Of a DNA stretch of 43,010 nt, positions 16,207-26,208 are shown piece after piece. Origin of the DNA: Parcubacteria group bacterium (GTDB taxonomy: Bacteria > Patescibacteriota > Minisyncoccia > Phycocordibacterales > JACNGX01); NCBI GenBank assembly GCA_014383885.1, contig JACNGX010000021.1:1-43010 (forward strand). Reading direction: 5' to 3'. A model generated the notes under the pieces. That model was given only the letters and a program-made list of their open reading frames with translations. It was not told where the DNA came from and ran no database searches. Position numbers and translations under genes: made by a program. How positions within the stretch are numbered: the stretch's first letter is position 1; each line of letters starts with the position of its first letter.

Positions 16207-16995
16207 ATGATTGGTTTTTTCGAGACAATTATTTATCAACCCCTCTACAACGGTCTCGTATTTTTGGCATATTTTATGCCGTGGGCGGATATTGGCTTGG
16301 CGGTGATTACCCTTACGCTTGTGGTGAAGTTTATTCTTTTTCCTCTGACACATAGCACAACAAAAAGTCAAGTGAAAATGCGTGAGATTGAGCCGGAACT
16401 CAGTAAACTTAAAGAAGATCTCAAAGACGATAAGGAAAAACAAGCGCGTGAGCTTATTGCGCTCTACAATAAGCATGGCATCAATCCGGCGACAGGGTGT
16501 GTGGCACTTATCGTCCAGCTCCCGATTATTCTCGGACTGTATTGGGTGTTTAAGGATATTTCATTTGACCCGACAGCAACCGGTGCGATGATTGAAAACG
16601 GCGTACGCGCCGCGGGCACCTTTTTGAACGAAGCAATTCTCTATCCGGTCACTCCCCGTCCGGAGTATCTTCATACTGAATTTTTGGGATTCATTGATAT
16701 GACCGGTAGGAGTATTCTCCTCGCTGTTCTTGCGGGTATTACGCAATTTTTCCAAATGAAACTCTCTATGCCGGGCGAGAAACCAACGCTACAAAGCACT
16801 GGATCATTCAAAGATGATCTTATGCAAAATATGAAATTTCAGATGCGCTACGTGTTTCCTTTCTTTGTGGTTATTTTTGCCTACACGATTTCTTCAGCGA
16901 TTGCGTTGTATTGGGTGGTGAGCAACCTTTTTGCTATCGGGCATGAATGGCATGTGCGAAGAGAATATGCACAATTGAAGGAAAACAACGAGTAG
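16207..16995 (+). CDS. yidC: Membrane protein insertase YidC/Oxa1 (short Gram-positive type).
   Basis: 262 aa polytopic protein in the rnpA-yidD-yidC context. Confidence 0.85.
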   Translation: MIGFFETIIYQPLYNGLVFLAYFMPWADIGLAVITLTLVVKFILFPLTHSTTKSQVKMREIEPELSKLKEDLKDDKEKQARELIALYNKHGINPATGCVALIVQLPIILGLYWVFKDISFDPTATGAMIENGVRAAGTFLNEAILYPVTPRPEYLHTEFLGFIDMTGRSILLAVLAGITQFFQMKLSMPGEKPTLQSTGSFKDDLMQNMKFQMRYVFPFFVVIFAYTISSAIALYWVVSNLFAIGHEWHVRREYAQLKENNE

Positions 16996-17016
16996 TACCA
17001 ATATCCTGTTTATTGT

Positions 17017-17469
17017 ATGGAATACAGTGAAATTAAAACAATTATTACTAACATCTTGGATGCGATGGGTGCACCATATTCCGATGTGGAAATTGTTGAG
17101 GATGGTGTGGGGACGGTATTTATGATTCGTACCGATGACGCAAAGCATTTGATTGGCTACCGAGGAGCGACGCTCTCGGCATTGAATCACATTGTGAAGC
17201 GTATCACAGAGAAAGATGGGTATGAAAAAGGGACACGATTTTCCATTGATGTGAACGACTATAAGAAGGAAGCAAACGACCAATTGCGTGTACGCGCCAC
17301 CATGCTTGCCGAACGTGTGCGGGCACTCTCTTCGCGCACCGAACTCGAGCCGATGTCTTCTTATGAGCGAATGGTGATCCACACCACGCTTGAGCCCATT
17401 TCCGATATTCATACCGAGTCGATTGGCGAGGGAAAGGAGCGGCGTGTGGTGATTTCATATAAAGGGTAG
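17017..17469 (+). CDS. jag: Jag/KhpB-like RNA-binding protein (KH plus R3H domains).
   Basis: A KH-like segment LIGYRGATLSALNHIV and a C-terminal R3H-like segment. Conserved position after yidC. Confidence 0.75.
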   Translation: MEYSEIKTIITNILDAMGAPYSDVEIVEDGVGTVFMIRTDDAKHLIGYRGATLSALNHIVKRITEKDGYEKGTRFSIDVNDYKKEANDQLRVRATMLAERVRALSSRTELEPMSSYERMVIHTTLEPISDIHTESIGEGKERRVVISYKG

Positions 17470-17507
17470 TAATTGGAAATGAGGAAATAGATTGCGCTCC
17501 GCGCAAC

Positions 17508-17545
17508 GAAAAAGGCGGCACCGGAGGTGCCGCCGTGTGTGTTTT
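17508..17545. terminator. Bidirectional intrinsic terminator.
   Basis: AAAAA GGCGGCACC gga GGTGCCGCC gtgtgtgTTTT. Confidence 0.6.
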
Positions 17546-17560
17546 CCCTAATTTTTAGTC

Positions 17561-18862
17561 TCAGTAATTCACAGTCTCAAATGCATCGGCAACGCGAAGA
17601 ATCCATGGTGTCATATCGCGTTTGTTAGTGAAGAGGAGAAAAGATTCATCTTCACTGAGAACAGGGTTGATGAGATCAATAGCTGTATCATACATATTCG
17701 GATCAACAAGGAAAAAGCCGATAGACTCTTCGGTGTCATAATACCAGATGCTGTCTTCAAAGAATAGTTCTCCTTTGTACCATGTGTCGGGGTATCGTGT
17801 GAAAGGAAGAGAAAATGGTACACCACAGTAGATTCCCTTCCCTTCTGCATCCCAGGTGCATTTCTCAGGAAGTGTATCAAAGAGAAGTGCAGTTTCTTCT
17901 CCATCGGAGAGGATTTTCAGTGTGAGTGTGTTTTCCGAACTTTCAGAGAAAAGTATTTTTGTGCCATCAGGACTTGTGAGCGTGGTAAGACCGCTAACAC
18001 CACTTAAGATTGGATTGAGCGTATTTGAGAAGAGAGAAAGATAATAGCTGTATCCTGGAATTCCCGCTGCAGGCTTTGTGGTGAGATAAATGTAGTCGTT
18101 TTCCGCCCAATCGATAAGCCACTCGGAAAGGGGCGAGGAAAATGCTTCTTTTGGTTCCTCACCGGAAAATGGTACGATAATACCGCGAGAGCCGCTTGTT
18201 GTACGTTCAAGGAGAAAAAGAGAGTCTTGAGTGGGGTTGGTGTCGAAAGCAAGGGTACCAGTGCGGAGGAACTCTGCTCGAGCAAGTCCAATATCACCGC
18301 CCTCTTCTTCCGCTGTGAAAATCGAAATTCCGGTTCCCTCAATAATATCATCGTCATTGAGTGTACGCGCAAAGAATTCCGTGCCGTCAGTATTCCAAAG
18401 CGTGTCATGGATGTGTGGTATGGTTGTATTGGTGATGCGTTCTGCCCCAAGTGTGTCTACAGGGATATCAAAAATATTTCCCGTTGCCTTTTCTATCACA
18501 CGGACAATGAGGATATTCTTTTCTTCCTCGGACCCTTCTGTTGATTGAGGGAGTGTTATAAACGTTGCCCCCGATACGGGCTCAGGGAATACTTGCGAAA
18601 TGAGATCGACGCTCAGTTGTTTTTCGTCGTCCTGTGGTGTTTTGTCAGGAGAGTCTCCATCTCTCTCTTCACTACCAAAGAGGGAGTCGAGCACACCCTC
18701 ACCTTCTGCGCCACTAAAGAGAAAACCAAAGAAGCCATTATCTCCCACCCCCTCAGAAGAGTTGCCACCGCGACCAAAGAGAAATATTCCAACACCAAGG
18801 AGAACGATGAGGAGAATAGTACCTCCCCAGATGAATATGCGTTTTTGCTGAGAACTATTCAT
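17561..18862 (-). CDS. Membrane-anchored hypothetical protein (N-terminal TM, an acidic linker, and a large extracytoplasmic domain).
   Basis: 433-aa ORF. N-terminus IFIWGGTILLIVLLGVGIFLF. First gene of the minus-strand block that contains the T4SS genes. Confidence 0.6.
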   Translation of the reverse strand: MNSSQQKRIFIWGGTILLIVLLGVGIFLFGRGGNSSEGVGDNGFFGFLFSGAEGEGVLDSLFGSEERDGDSPDKTPQDDEKQLSVDLISQVFPEPVSGATFITLPQSTEGSEEEKNILIVRVIEKATGNIFDIPVDTLGAERITNTTIPHIHDTLWNTDGTEFFARTLNDDDIIEGTGISIFTAEEEGGDIGLARAEFLRTGTLAFDTNPTQDSLFLLERTTSGSRGIIVPFSGEEPKEAFSSPLSEWLIDWAENDYIYLTTKPAAGIPGYSYYLSLFSNTLNPILSGVSGLTTLTSPDGTKILFSESSENTLTLKILSDGEETALLFDTLPEKCTWDAEGKGIYCGVPFSLPFTRYPDTWYKGELFFEDSIWYYDTEESIGFFLVDPNMYDTAIDLINPVLSEDESFLLFTNKRDMTPWILRVADAFETVNY

Positions 18863-18871
18863 ACTTATTGA

Positions 18872-19903
18872 TTATTGGAAAAATGTATTTTCGGTGTCTC
18901 CGAACGTAATGGACAATGTTTCTTTTAAGCTCTGTAGCATGCGATCGGTATACGTAACTGAGAGTGAAAGGGCCGTGTTTCCTGTTGTTCCTTCCGGCAC
19001 ATCGATTGCCAAATCACCCGGGTTGTTCCAGTGTGACGAGACATGTCTTCCTCCTACCGACCAGTCGTAGGAAAGAGATGAGCGATTGTGATTGTCTGTG
19101 GAGAAGAAATAGGGCTCAGCACGGATGACAGTTTCTCTTTCTCTAAGGAGGATACCATTGACAAGAGCTTCATTAAAGCGTACACCAAGCGTGGGATGTT
19201 CTTCATAAAATATAATTTCTGGATCGACCTCGGGAAGGTTAATAGATTCACGGGCGCTGAGTGATCCGCCCGGAGATGTGGCGGTGACAGACACGGTTTC
19301 ATTCGGTAGGAGAATATCTTTCATGAGAAGAAGTGTTGAGCGACCGTACCCAGATTGACTTTTTGTGTCGCGATAAAAACCATTACGCTGCCAAGTGTAG
19401 GTGATAGTGTCGGCATCGAGCTTTGTGCCATTTCCCGTTGTAAGGTGTGGAACAGCAATAACTTTTACGTGTGCCTGAGAAGCCGGTAGTGCTTTTCCAC
19501 GGTAAAAAGGCGGTGTGTAAGCATCAATCGCTTCCCAGAGCAAATCGACGCCTCCTCCAGGTGTAAAACGAACAGTTTTGGTAATTGTTTCATTATCCGG
19601 TGAGACGATTGTCGCGGAAATAGTCATGGTGATTCCGGTATTTCCAGCTTCGGTACTGAAGGTGTTGAGGCCTGTTCCTTCAGAACGATAGGCACCATTT
19701 TCATACCACGTAACATATGCGCGATTCATATCAAACGCGAAGCTTGATACTGAAACAGTGATCATCTCACCTGCCGCCGGATATGCCGGCTCAACATCAA
19801 CAGAGACATACGATTCAAGCGCGTGAACATGAGATATCACAGCACAGAGTGAGAGTGTGATACCACATATGAGAACTGACATGTGGAAAATAAAGGATTT
19901 CAT
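18872..19903 (-). CDS. Secreted hypothetical protein.
   Basis: Signal peptide MKSFIFHMSVLICGITLSLCAVISHVHA (start at 19903, 8 nt after the VirB4 stop). The ORF track extends artificially to 20086. Confidence 0.6.
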   Translation of the reverse strand: MKSFIFHMSVLICGITLSLCAVISHVHALESYVSVDVEPAYPAAGEMITVSVSSFAFDMNRAYVTWYENGAYRSEGTGLNTFSTEAGNTGITMTISATIVSPDNETITKTVRFTPGGGVDLLWEAIDAYTPPFYRGKALPASQAHVKVIAVPHLTTGNGTKLDADTITYTWQRNGFYRDTKSQSGYGRSTLLLMKDILLPNETVSVTATSPGGSLSARESINLPEVDPEIIFYEEHPTLGVRFNEALVNGILLRERETVIRAEPYFFSTDNHNRSSLSYDWSVGGRHVSSHWNNPGDLAIDVPEGTTGNTALSLSVTYTDRMLQSLKETLSITFGDTENTFFQ

Positions 19904-19910
19904 AGAACTA

Positions 19911-21776
19911 TTATACCACGCCAGCGATACGGGAGAGTGGATTATCCGGCGTTTCATTCTCACTGCTTTCTTTAAGTGCTTTCTTTGCTTCACGAATCTG
20001 GAGTATTTGTGAGGGGTCCGAGGTAATGATTTGTTCTTCAGTGTAAGAAGCGAGGATTTTAATGGCGACATGCTTGAGTCCTGCAAAGAAGATACCTTCT
20101 CCTACATCGGATTCGAGAAGTAAGAATTTTTCCTCCTCAGTGAGGTTGAATGTTTTTTGGACGGTGTCGATGGCTGTGGGCGATTGTTTCAAGAGAAGCT
20201 GAATTGAAGAGTTGGTGATGATCGGTAAACCATACGGCGACCGGAGGAAATCGGACACGTCTTGGGTGATGGTGGCGACTCCTAGATAGTATTTTCTACC
20301 GCGCTTTGTCATGCCGAAGAGAAATGATGCCGTATCTTCGGATTTCATCATCCACCACGCCTCGTCGATCACAAGAAGGCGTTTTTTCAGCTCGCGACGA
20401 ACGGCATTCCAGATAAAGTGGGTAATGATGTGCATGGCGACGGTTTTAAGTTCGTCTTCCATGTCGCGAACGGAGAAGACCACAAACTTTTTGTTGATAT
20501 TTATGTTGGTTGGACGGTTAATGAATTCCGCCCACGTTCCTTTCGTATATTTTGAAAGACGACTTAAGAGAGATTCCCCCCCTTCCATGCCGGAGAGGAC
20601 CATTTCAAAGTCGGAAAGAAGTGGTGGGACAATTTGTGAGAGATCTGAATCAGGAGTGATGTCTTTGAGTGCATATGTTTCCGTGATAGCACGGTCAATA
20701 ATGGAGTCTTCTTCAGGGGAAAGACCGCCAAGCATGATGCGGAAAAGACCGACGAGTGAAATGGTATTTGCACGGAGGACGTCAGCAGTTGTCTCATCTT
20801 CGCTCGGCATAGGAAGATCGAACGGATTGATATGGTGTGGGGAGCTGAGTGAAATATTGAAATGGCGACCACCTGTAGCCTCTGCCATAAATTCATATTC
20901 ACGTTCAGGGTCAATTACGATTACTTCCGTATCAAACATGAGAGTACGGAGAATTTCAAGCTTGGTGGAGAAGGACTTTCCGGCGCCAGAAGTGGCAAAA
21001 ATGACGGAATTATAGTTTTCCATTGAGAAGCGATCGAAAAGAACAAGACTGTAATTGTGTCGATTGATGCCATAGAGAATGCCGCGGTCGGATGTGAGGT
21101 TGAAGGAAATAAAAGGAAATATGCTTGAAAGCGGTGAAGAATTGAGTTTTGAGTGAATGCCGAGCGAGTCGGATCCGGAAGGAATGACGCTTTTGAACGC
21201 GTCTTCTTGCTGAAAAAGACTTGGCTTGAGATAGACAAGCTTTGATTCAAGAATTGATTTGATTTCCGATTCAATACGATCAAGTTCTTCTTCTGTTTTT
21301 CCGTAGACGGTGATATAGAGACCAACGTCAAAGAGACGCTCTTGCGCCTGTTGAAGCTGATCGCGGAGGTTTTCAAGATTGGCATATGCGGCAGCAAGCT
21401 TCGGGTCACGCACCATGCCACGCTCCTCACGCATCATGATTTGGCTTTCAACCTCAGCAACTTTCTTTTGGAATTTGCGCAAAATAGCCGCGGTGTCCAC
21501 CGGGTGAATATGGATGGAGACGTCGAAGACAGCGTCGAGATTCACAATCGGCGAGAACCAGCTGTCGGCGAGATAACGTGGGTAGGAGATGACGAAGAAT
21601 GTGCGAGCGATACGGTCGCCTAAATTGAGTTCGCGCGGAGTGATTTTGAGCGCCGAAGGAGCGATGACATCTTTTAATTCCAATACTGCCGATTCATATA
21701 TTTCATGTGGTAATACAGGCACCGCCTCCGGGGTGTCTTTTTTCTTCCCTATTCCTAATGTGTTAAGAAGTGACAT
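19911..21776 (-). CDS. virB4: VirB4/TraE/PrgJ-type conjugative T4SS ATPase (core portion).
   Basis: Walker A FATSGAGKSF, Walker B LVIDEAWWMM, and the Gram-positive VirB4 N-terminal signature LGDRIARTFFVISYPRYLADSWFSPIVNLDAVFDVSIHIHPVD. First ATG at 21776. The frame remains open up to 21839. Confidence 0.85.
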   Translation of the reverse strand: MSLLNTLGIGKKKDTPEAVPVLPHEIYESAVLELKDVIAPSALKITPRELNLGDRIARTFFVISYPRYLADSWFSPIVNLDAVFDVSIHIHPVDTAAILRKFQKKVAEVESQIMMREERGMVRDPKLAAAYANLENLRDQLQQAQERLFDVGLYITVYGKTEEELDRIESEIKSILESKLVYLKPSLFQQEDAFKSVIPSGSDSLGIHSKLNSSPLSSIFPFISFNLTSDRGILYGINRHNYSLVLFDRFSMENYNSVIFATSGAGKSFSTKLEILRTLMFDTEVIVIDPEREYEFMAEATGGRHFNISLSSPHHINPFDLPMPSEDETTADVLRANTISLVGLFRIMLGGLSPEEDSIIDRAITETYALKDITPDSDLSQIVPPLLSDFEMVLSGMEGGESLLSRLSKYTKGTWAEFINRPTNININKKFVVFSVRDMEDELKTVAMHIITHFIWNAVRRELKKRLLVIDEAWWMMKSEDTASFLFGMTKRGRKYYLGVATITQDVSDFLRSPYGLPIITNSSIQLLLKQSPTAIDTVQKTFNLTEEEKFLLLESDVGEGIFFAGLKHVAIKILASYTEEQIITSDPSQILQIREAKKALKESSENETPDNPLSRIAGVV

Positions 21777-21780
21777 AGTG

Positions 21781-22431
21781 TTATAGTTGAATCGGCTTAT
21801 CAAGTTCGCCGGGATTAAATATGCGGTAAAAAAGTTCAATCAATTCTTCCGTACCCAGAGGCGATGTGCGGATACCGGTACGGACAAGTCCTTGTTGTAC
21901 GACATAGGCACGCTGTTCAAGCTGGGAGCGATTTACTTCAAATTCATCCTGCTCTTTATCCTCCCCTCTCGAGCGCTTTTTCTTCGTTCCTAAAACATCG
22001 CCAAGAATGCCTGTGTCGGTTGCAATGAACGAAGGGGTGTATGGGACGACGATGAAAAAGTTCTTTGACATGATATTAGTCTGTTCGGTAAATGTTTTAA
22101 TGAAGCGAATGTATTCGCGAATCTGTACTTTTGAGAGGTCGTTTATCTGCTCTTTTTCGCGCCGTTCGAGAAGCGCGACATAGGGGCGAACGTCATATCG
22201 TCGAGATTGGATGTAGATTTGTACCGAGAAGTCAAGCGAGTTGAGAAAGTTTTGAAATTGAATGAGAATAGATTGCTGTTCGTCGGGAGACTTAAGCGAC
22301 ATATTCACCGATGATGTCATGAGTACCATCTTGAGCGAACCGTCTTCCATCACCGCCACACCGTCTCGTACCTCTTTGATAGGCACGAATCGTTGTGATG
22401 CTTGTGATTTTTCTTTGTTTGATGTTGGCAT
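21781..22431 (-). CDS. VirB4 N-terminal-extension-like protein. It is a separate ORF; VirB4 may be split or frameshifted here.
   Basis: FVPIKEVRDGVAVMEDGSLKMVLMTSSVNMSLKSPDEQQSILIQFQNFLNSLDFSVQIYIQS resembles the N-terminal extension of long Gram-positive VirB4 proteins. Its stop codon lies 4 nt from the virB4 ATG. The two frames overlap across the A6 run at 21828-21833. Confidence 0.55.
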   Translation of the reverse strand: MPTSNKEKSQASQRFVPIKEVRDGVAVMEDGSLKMVLMTSSVNMSLKSPDEQQSILIQFQNFLNSLDFSVQIYIQSRRYDVRPYVALLERREKEQINDLSKVQIREYIRFIKTFTEQTNIMSKNFFIVVPYTPSFIATDTGILGDVLGTKKKRSRGEDKEQDEFEVNRSQLEQRAYVVQQGLVRTGIRTSPLGTEELIELFYRIFNPGELDKPIQL

Positions 22432-22446
22432 GGTGCTAATAATAGC

Positions 22447-22866
22447 TTACTGAACGTTCTTTTGCACATCCAAACTCCAGGCAATATCTTTGAGTTTGCT
22501 CTGTGAGAGTGATGGCACGTGCATCGTCTCCGGTAAGGGGGCAGGTTCCTGAACAGCGGCTTTTTTCTGAGCCTCTTTCTTTTTCCATTCCTGGCTCCAA
22601 ATGTAGAGCTTTGCGCGCGTTACATATAAAAAAGCGGCCTCCAAAACATCAATAAAAGGTCGCTTGTGTATTTTCAGAAACGCAAGCGCAATACCCAAGC
22701 TCGCAATGGGAAGAATGAGGAGTATGGCGAAGAAAAAAGGAAGTGATGCATACAAGACATATGAGATACCTGCAGCACCGGCCAAATAGAGAAATTGGCG
22801 AAACGAGAGAGCTCCGGCAAAGACCTTATCTTCAACTTCAATGAATTGTGGTGTTTGGAATTGCAT
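22447..22866 (-). CDS. PrgI/VirB3-like small two-TM T4SS protein.
   Basis: N-terminus MQFQTPQFIEVEDKVFAGALSFRQFLYLAGAAG, followed by two hydrophobic helices. Confidence 0.65.
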   Translation of the reverse strand: MQFQTPQFIEVEDKVFAGALSFRQFLYLAGAAGISYVLYASLPFFFAILLILPIASLGIALAFLKIHKRPFIDVLEAAFLYVTRAKLYIWSQEWKKKEAQKKAAVQEPAPLPETMHVPSLSQSKLKDIAWSLDVQKNVQ

Positions 22867-22939
22867 AGTTGAGTCGCAAGCTTTGAGCGCTGGTATCTAC
22901 AATACTAGCCGGCGCGCTACCGCGCGCCTCACTCCTCTT

Positions 22940-23599
22940 TTACTCCACCGGTTCACGATACGGATCAGGCGGAGTTTCCGGAGACGGTGAGGGAGCGGTG
23001 TTGGATTTTGTTTCCTCGCTATGCGCTTCTCTGAGAGTTGTTTCTTGGGTTATTTTTTTCTCAATAATACTTTGGTGAGTAGTCTCCTGTTTCTCTGCTC
23101 CCATATACTCTTGTTTTTGGGGAGCTCCAGGTAGGGATACTTCCTTTTTCGGTCGGGTCTCTTCACGTTCTGGTATGGGAAGAGGATGTTCAATTTCTCG
23201 TAAAATTTCATCGCGTGTCGGTAAGTGCATTGTCATTTCCTCATCTTTTTCTTCTCCCGCGACATTTTCTTTGGGGGCACTGAGAGATGCACGCATTGGC
23301 TCAAGAATCTCAGTATTCACATCAGCGAGAATTGCTTCAGCTGCTTCTTCGGAAACACCAAGCTCTTCAGAAAGCGTCGGGAGATATGACTCCCTTGGAA
23401 TAAGTCCAAGTATCACAAAGACGGTTATGTCATTGAGTGTAGCCAACTGATCGATGTGGAGATTGTGGTGATTTCCGATACGACGAAGCGCCTTCCCTGT
23501 TTCTTGAGATTCAAGAACTTCTTGTATTGCTTTAGGAAGAGCAGTGAAGCGATCCTCCATCTGTTGTTGTGTGAATTGTTGCATAGATACCAAAGACAA
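22940..23599 (-). CDS. Hypothetical bitopic protein (one TM helix and an acidic, low-complexity C-terminus).
   Basis: ORF within the T4SS block. TM segment ITVFVILGLI. Confidence 0.5.
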   Translation of the reverse strand: MSLVSMQQFTQQQMEDRFTALPKAIQEVLESQETGKALRRIGNHHNLHIDQLATLNDITVFVILGLIPRESYLPTLSEELGVSEEAAEAILADVNTEILEPMRASLSAPKENVAGEEKDEEMTMHLPTRDEILREIEHPLPIPEREETRPKKEVSLPGAPQKQEYMGAEKQETTHQSIIEKKITQETTLREAHSEETKSNTAPSPSPETPPDPYREPVE

Positions 23600-23605
23600 T
23601 AATGA

Positions 23606-26149
23606 TTATGTATTAGTATTTTTTTCTGTCGCTTTTGTCGTGTTTTTTGCTACGTTGGAAATATCTTCACGCGCGTATCTGTTTTGCTTTTCAGCGAGTC
23701 TTGTGTATTCCTTCAACTCTCCCATTTTCTTTTCTTGCCGCGAGGAAAGCTTACTGAGTGTTTCAAAGTTTGAAAGGCTTTGCGCGTGCTTTGATTCAAG
23801 ACTCGCGAGTTCTTGATTCTGTGCGCTTGATCGGTTGGGAACAGCAGAGAGCGCTCCGTTTTGTTGGACAAGTTTATTTTCTCGCTTTTCTTCAAGTTTC
23901 ATGAGCACGGCGATTTTACCAAGCGTTGTATTGAGCTGATCCATCTGTGTTTGAGCTTGTTGGGGTGTGCCATATGTTTTCTTCATAGAGTCAATCCTTG
24001 CTTTATCACGAGCTTTCTCTGCTTCGACATTTGCTCGCTTCTCTCTCAGTTCGTCACCCTTTTTAATCGCCGAACCAGTCTTTTGAGCGGCTTGCGCTTT
24101 GGCTATTGTTTTCGCCGATGCTACTCCTCTAGCGGCACGATCCAACGCTTGCTTCTTTGCCTCCTTCTCAACGTCTCTCATCTCTTCCTGTGCGGCGTCA
24201 TAATCCTCATGTCCTTGCGAAACACGCTTCAATGATTGGTAATACGGATTATTTGTCAGTGCCTCATTTGTGGTACCCGTTACTCCACTTTCTTTCAAGA
24301 GACGCTCTTCATATCGTGTATGTGCTTTTCGCGCCGCAGCTGCTTTTGTTTCATCTTTATCATTAAGGTCGCCCATCTTCTTTCTGAGCTCATCTTGTTT
24401 TTTATCTTCTCGCTCTACAGTACCGGCAAATCCTCCTTCGCCGCCCTTCACTCCCCATGCGCCGACAGATTTCGTGACCCCACCCATGCCAACAGCCCCG
24501 GCAAGACCACCTGCTTTACCCATTGCCATGCCGCCGAGCTTTGTGTTTCGCGCGTCAAAACTCCCCTTTTCCATGCCTTCCATAGCGCGCAAGCGGAGGC
24601 GATCAAGTTTCCCTCCGGAAGCAAGGCGCTGGCGCCGTGTCATGCCATCGGAGCCGACACGATTTAAATTCTTCATTGCGCCGGCACCCAAGACTCCGCG
24701 CCCGAGAAGCGCTGTGCCACCTGTCGCCACAGCAGCACCAAGCCCAACTGCCGCTCCGGCAATACCGGCGATTTTTTTGCCAATATCAAGCGATACTCCC
24801 CCAATTGAATCACACATTTTCTTGGTAATATTTTTTGCGTAGAAGAGGATGGCGGTGAGTACGGTGAATTTCAATAGGACGATGATAAATGTCTCAAAGA
24901 AATCTTTGTTATTTCCGAAATTATTCCAGGTATTGGCCCCTTCCAAAAATTGCAAGGTAAACCACAAGAGGAAGAGAAAGACGGTAATACAAAATGATTT
25001 GCTCACGAGCTCTCCCCAGAAATTTTTTCTTACGTATGCTGCGGATTGTGGCAAAATCATACCAACAAAGGCAAGCGGTGAAACAGCCATAAGAAGCCAC
25101 AGAATGGCAACACGAGTGAGAAAGAGAAACGATGTTGTGAAAAGTATCCACGCAAGCACACCCATAAGGGAGGCGCTCAGAAGAAAATAGATTATAAGAT
25201 TGAAATGTTGCGTTTCCGGAGGAACTACCTGGTCGGTCCATAGTTTCAACCAGGTGCCTCCTTTCGCTTTCACCAGCCCATTTTCAAGAGATATCATTTC
25301 ATTGATACTGGTGTAGTGCAAGAAAGCCCCCGACACCCCCTTTACATCACCTTCTCCAATCCATTGTTCGATAAACGTTCCTTTCAGTACTGAATTGCCC
25401 GATATAAGCTTTTCACCATCTTTCACATTTTGGGTTTTGTGTACTTCAAAGTCGTTGTAGAAAAACATAGCAAACATGTTTCCAGCATCCACAATGACAC
25501 GAGTGATGAAAAAACTAAAATTAATCAAAAGGGCAACGATAATGAGTTTGGAAAGAAGATCTTTGGCTGTATTGTTTCTAACACGTAAAATAGTAGCAAT
25601 TGCAACCCACAGCAATATAAAAATAAATGCCATGTTTGCCAAGTCGCGGACATTTTCCCATACTGTTTTTATAAACTCCTGATCAATAAGCCCTCTACTG
25701 ATAGAAAGAAGCAAGACTATGTCAAAGAAGTTGCCGATTGCTCCCAGAATAAAGGATGCCGGCATGTAGAGGAGATAATATGTCCCCACCGCGAGACATC
25801 CGGTGAAGCCAGGCGCCCCCTTCATGAGATTACATTTCATGTAATCGGTGATGTCGGGTTTATTATCTGCGCTAGATTTTTGTTTATCATAATAGTCTTG
25901 AGCAGCGCCATCCCCAGGACTGCCCGGCGAGCTTGTTGAGCGCACTGGGCGTTTCGGTACCTTTTGTGATATGCTGATATCGCGTATTGATGGTTGAGCA
26001 TACGCTTTGTTTTGCGAAAGAGAAGGGAGGTTTTTTTGAGAATTAGGTTGTGAAAAAGAAAATGGAGCAAGCAAAAGAAATGCAATAATAAAAGACACGA
26101 CTTTCGTTTGGATTTTCTTTTTTGTATGGGGGGTGAACTCTAATCTCAT
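23606..26149 (-). CDS. VirB6/TrbL-like polytopic membrane protein with a C-terminal Gly-rich plus coiled-coil extension of about 380 aa.
   Basis: Signal-like N-terminus, at least 8 hydrophobic helices, then a GAAVGLGAAVATGGTALLGRGVLGAGA... segment and a charged coiled-coil tail. The start at 26149 (MRLEF) is preferred because the upstream ATG at 26185 lies inside a terminator hairpin. Confidence 0.6.
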   Translation of the reverse strand: MRLEFTPHTKKKIQTKVVSFIIAFLLLAPFSFSQPNSQKNLPSLSQNKAYAQPSIRDISISQKVPKRPVRSTSSPGSPGDGAAQDYYDKQKSSADNKPDITDYMKCNLMKGAPGFTGCLAVGTYYLLYMPASFILGAIGNFFDIVLLLSISRGLIDQEFIKTVWENVRDLANMAFIFILLWVAIATILRVRNNTAKDLLSKLIIVALLINFSFFITRVIVDAGNMFAMFFYNDFEVHKTQNVKDGEKLISGNSVLKGTFIEQWIGEGDVKGVSGAFLHYTSINEMISLENGLVKAKGGTWLKLWTDQVVPPETQHFNLIIYFLLSASLMGVLAWILFTTSFLFLTRVAILWLLMAVSPLAFVGMILPQSAAYVRKNFWGELVSKSFCITVFLFLLWFTLQFLEGANTWNNFGNNKDFFETFIIVLLKFTVLTAILFYAKNITKKMCDSIGGVSLDIGKKIAGIAGAAVGLGAAVATGGTALLGRGVLGAGAMKNLNRVGSDGMTRRQRLASGGKLDRLRLRAMEGMEKGSFDARNTKLGGMAMGKAGGLAGAVGMGGVTKSVGAWGVKGGEGGFAGTVEREDKKQDELRKKMGDLNDKDETKAAAARKAHTRYEERLLKESGVTGTTNEALTNNPYYQSLKRVSQGHEDYDAAQEEMRDVEKEAKKQALDRAARGVASAKTIAKAQAAQKTGSAIKKGDELREKRANVEAEKARDKARIDSMKKTYGTPQQAQTQMDQLNTTLGKIAVLMKLEEKRENKLVQQNGALSAVPNRSSAQNQELASLESKHAQSLSNFETLSKLSSRQEKKMGELKEYTRLAEKQNRYAREDISNVAKNTTKATEKNTNT

Positions 26150-26164
26150 AGCACTATTATAACA

Positions 26165-26198
26165 GAAAAAACACGCCTTCTGCATAGGTGAAGGCGTG
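26165..26198 (-). terminator. Intrinsic terminator after the lipoprotein gene.
   Basis: CACGCCTTC (9-nt loop) GAAGGCGTG, followed on the minus strand by TTTTTT. Confidence 0.5.
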
Positions 26199-26208
26199 TG
26201 TATAGCAA

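Noticed and set aside
21776-21839. MNFF... start of virB4 at 21839 given by the ORF track.
   Set aside because: That codon is TTG, not ATG, and is preceded in-frame by a stop. The first ATG is at 21776. The open frame upstream of it is instead interpreted as a possible frameshift fusion to the N-extension ORF.
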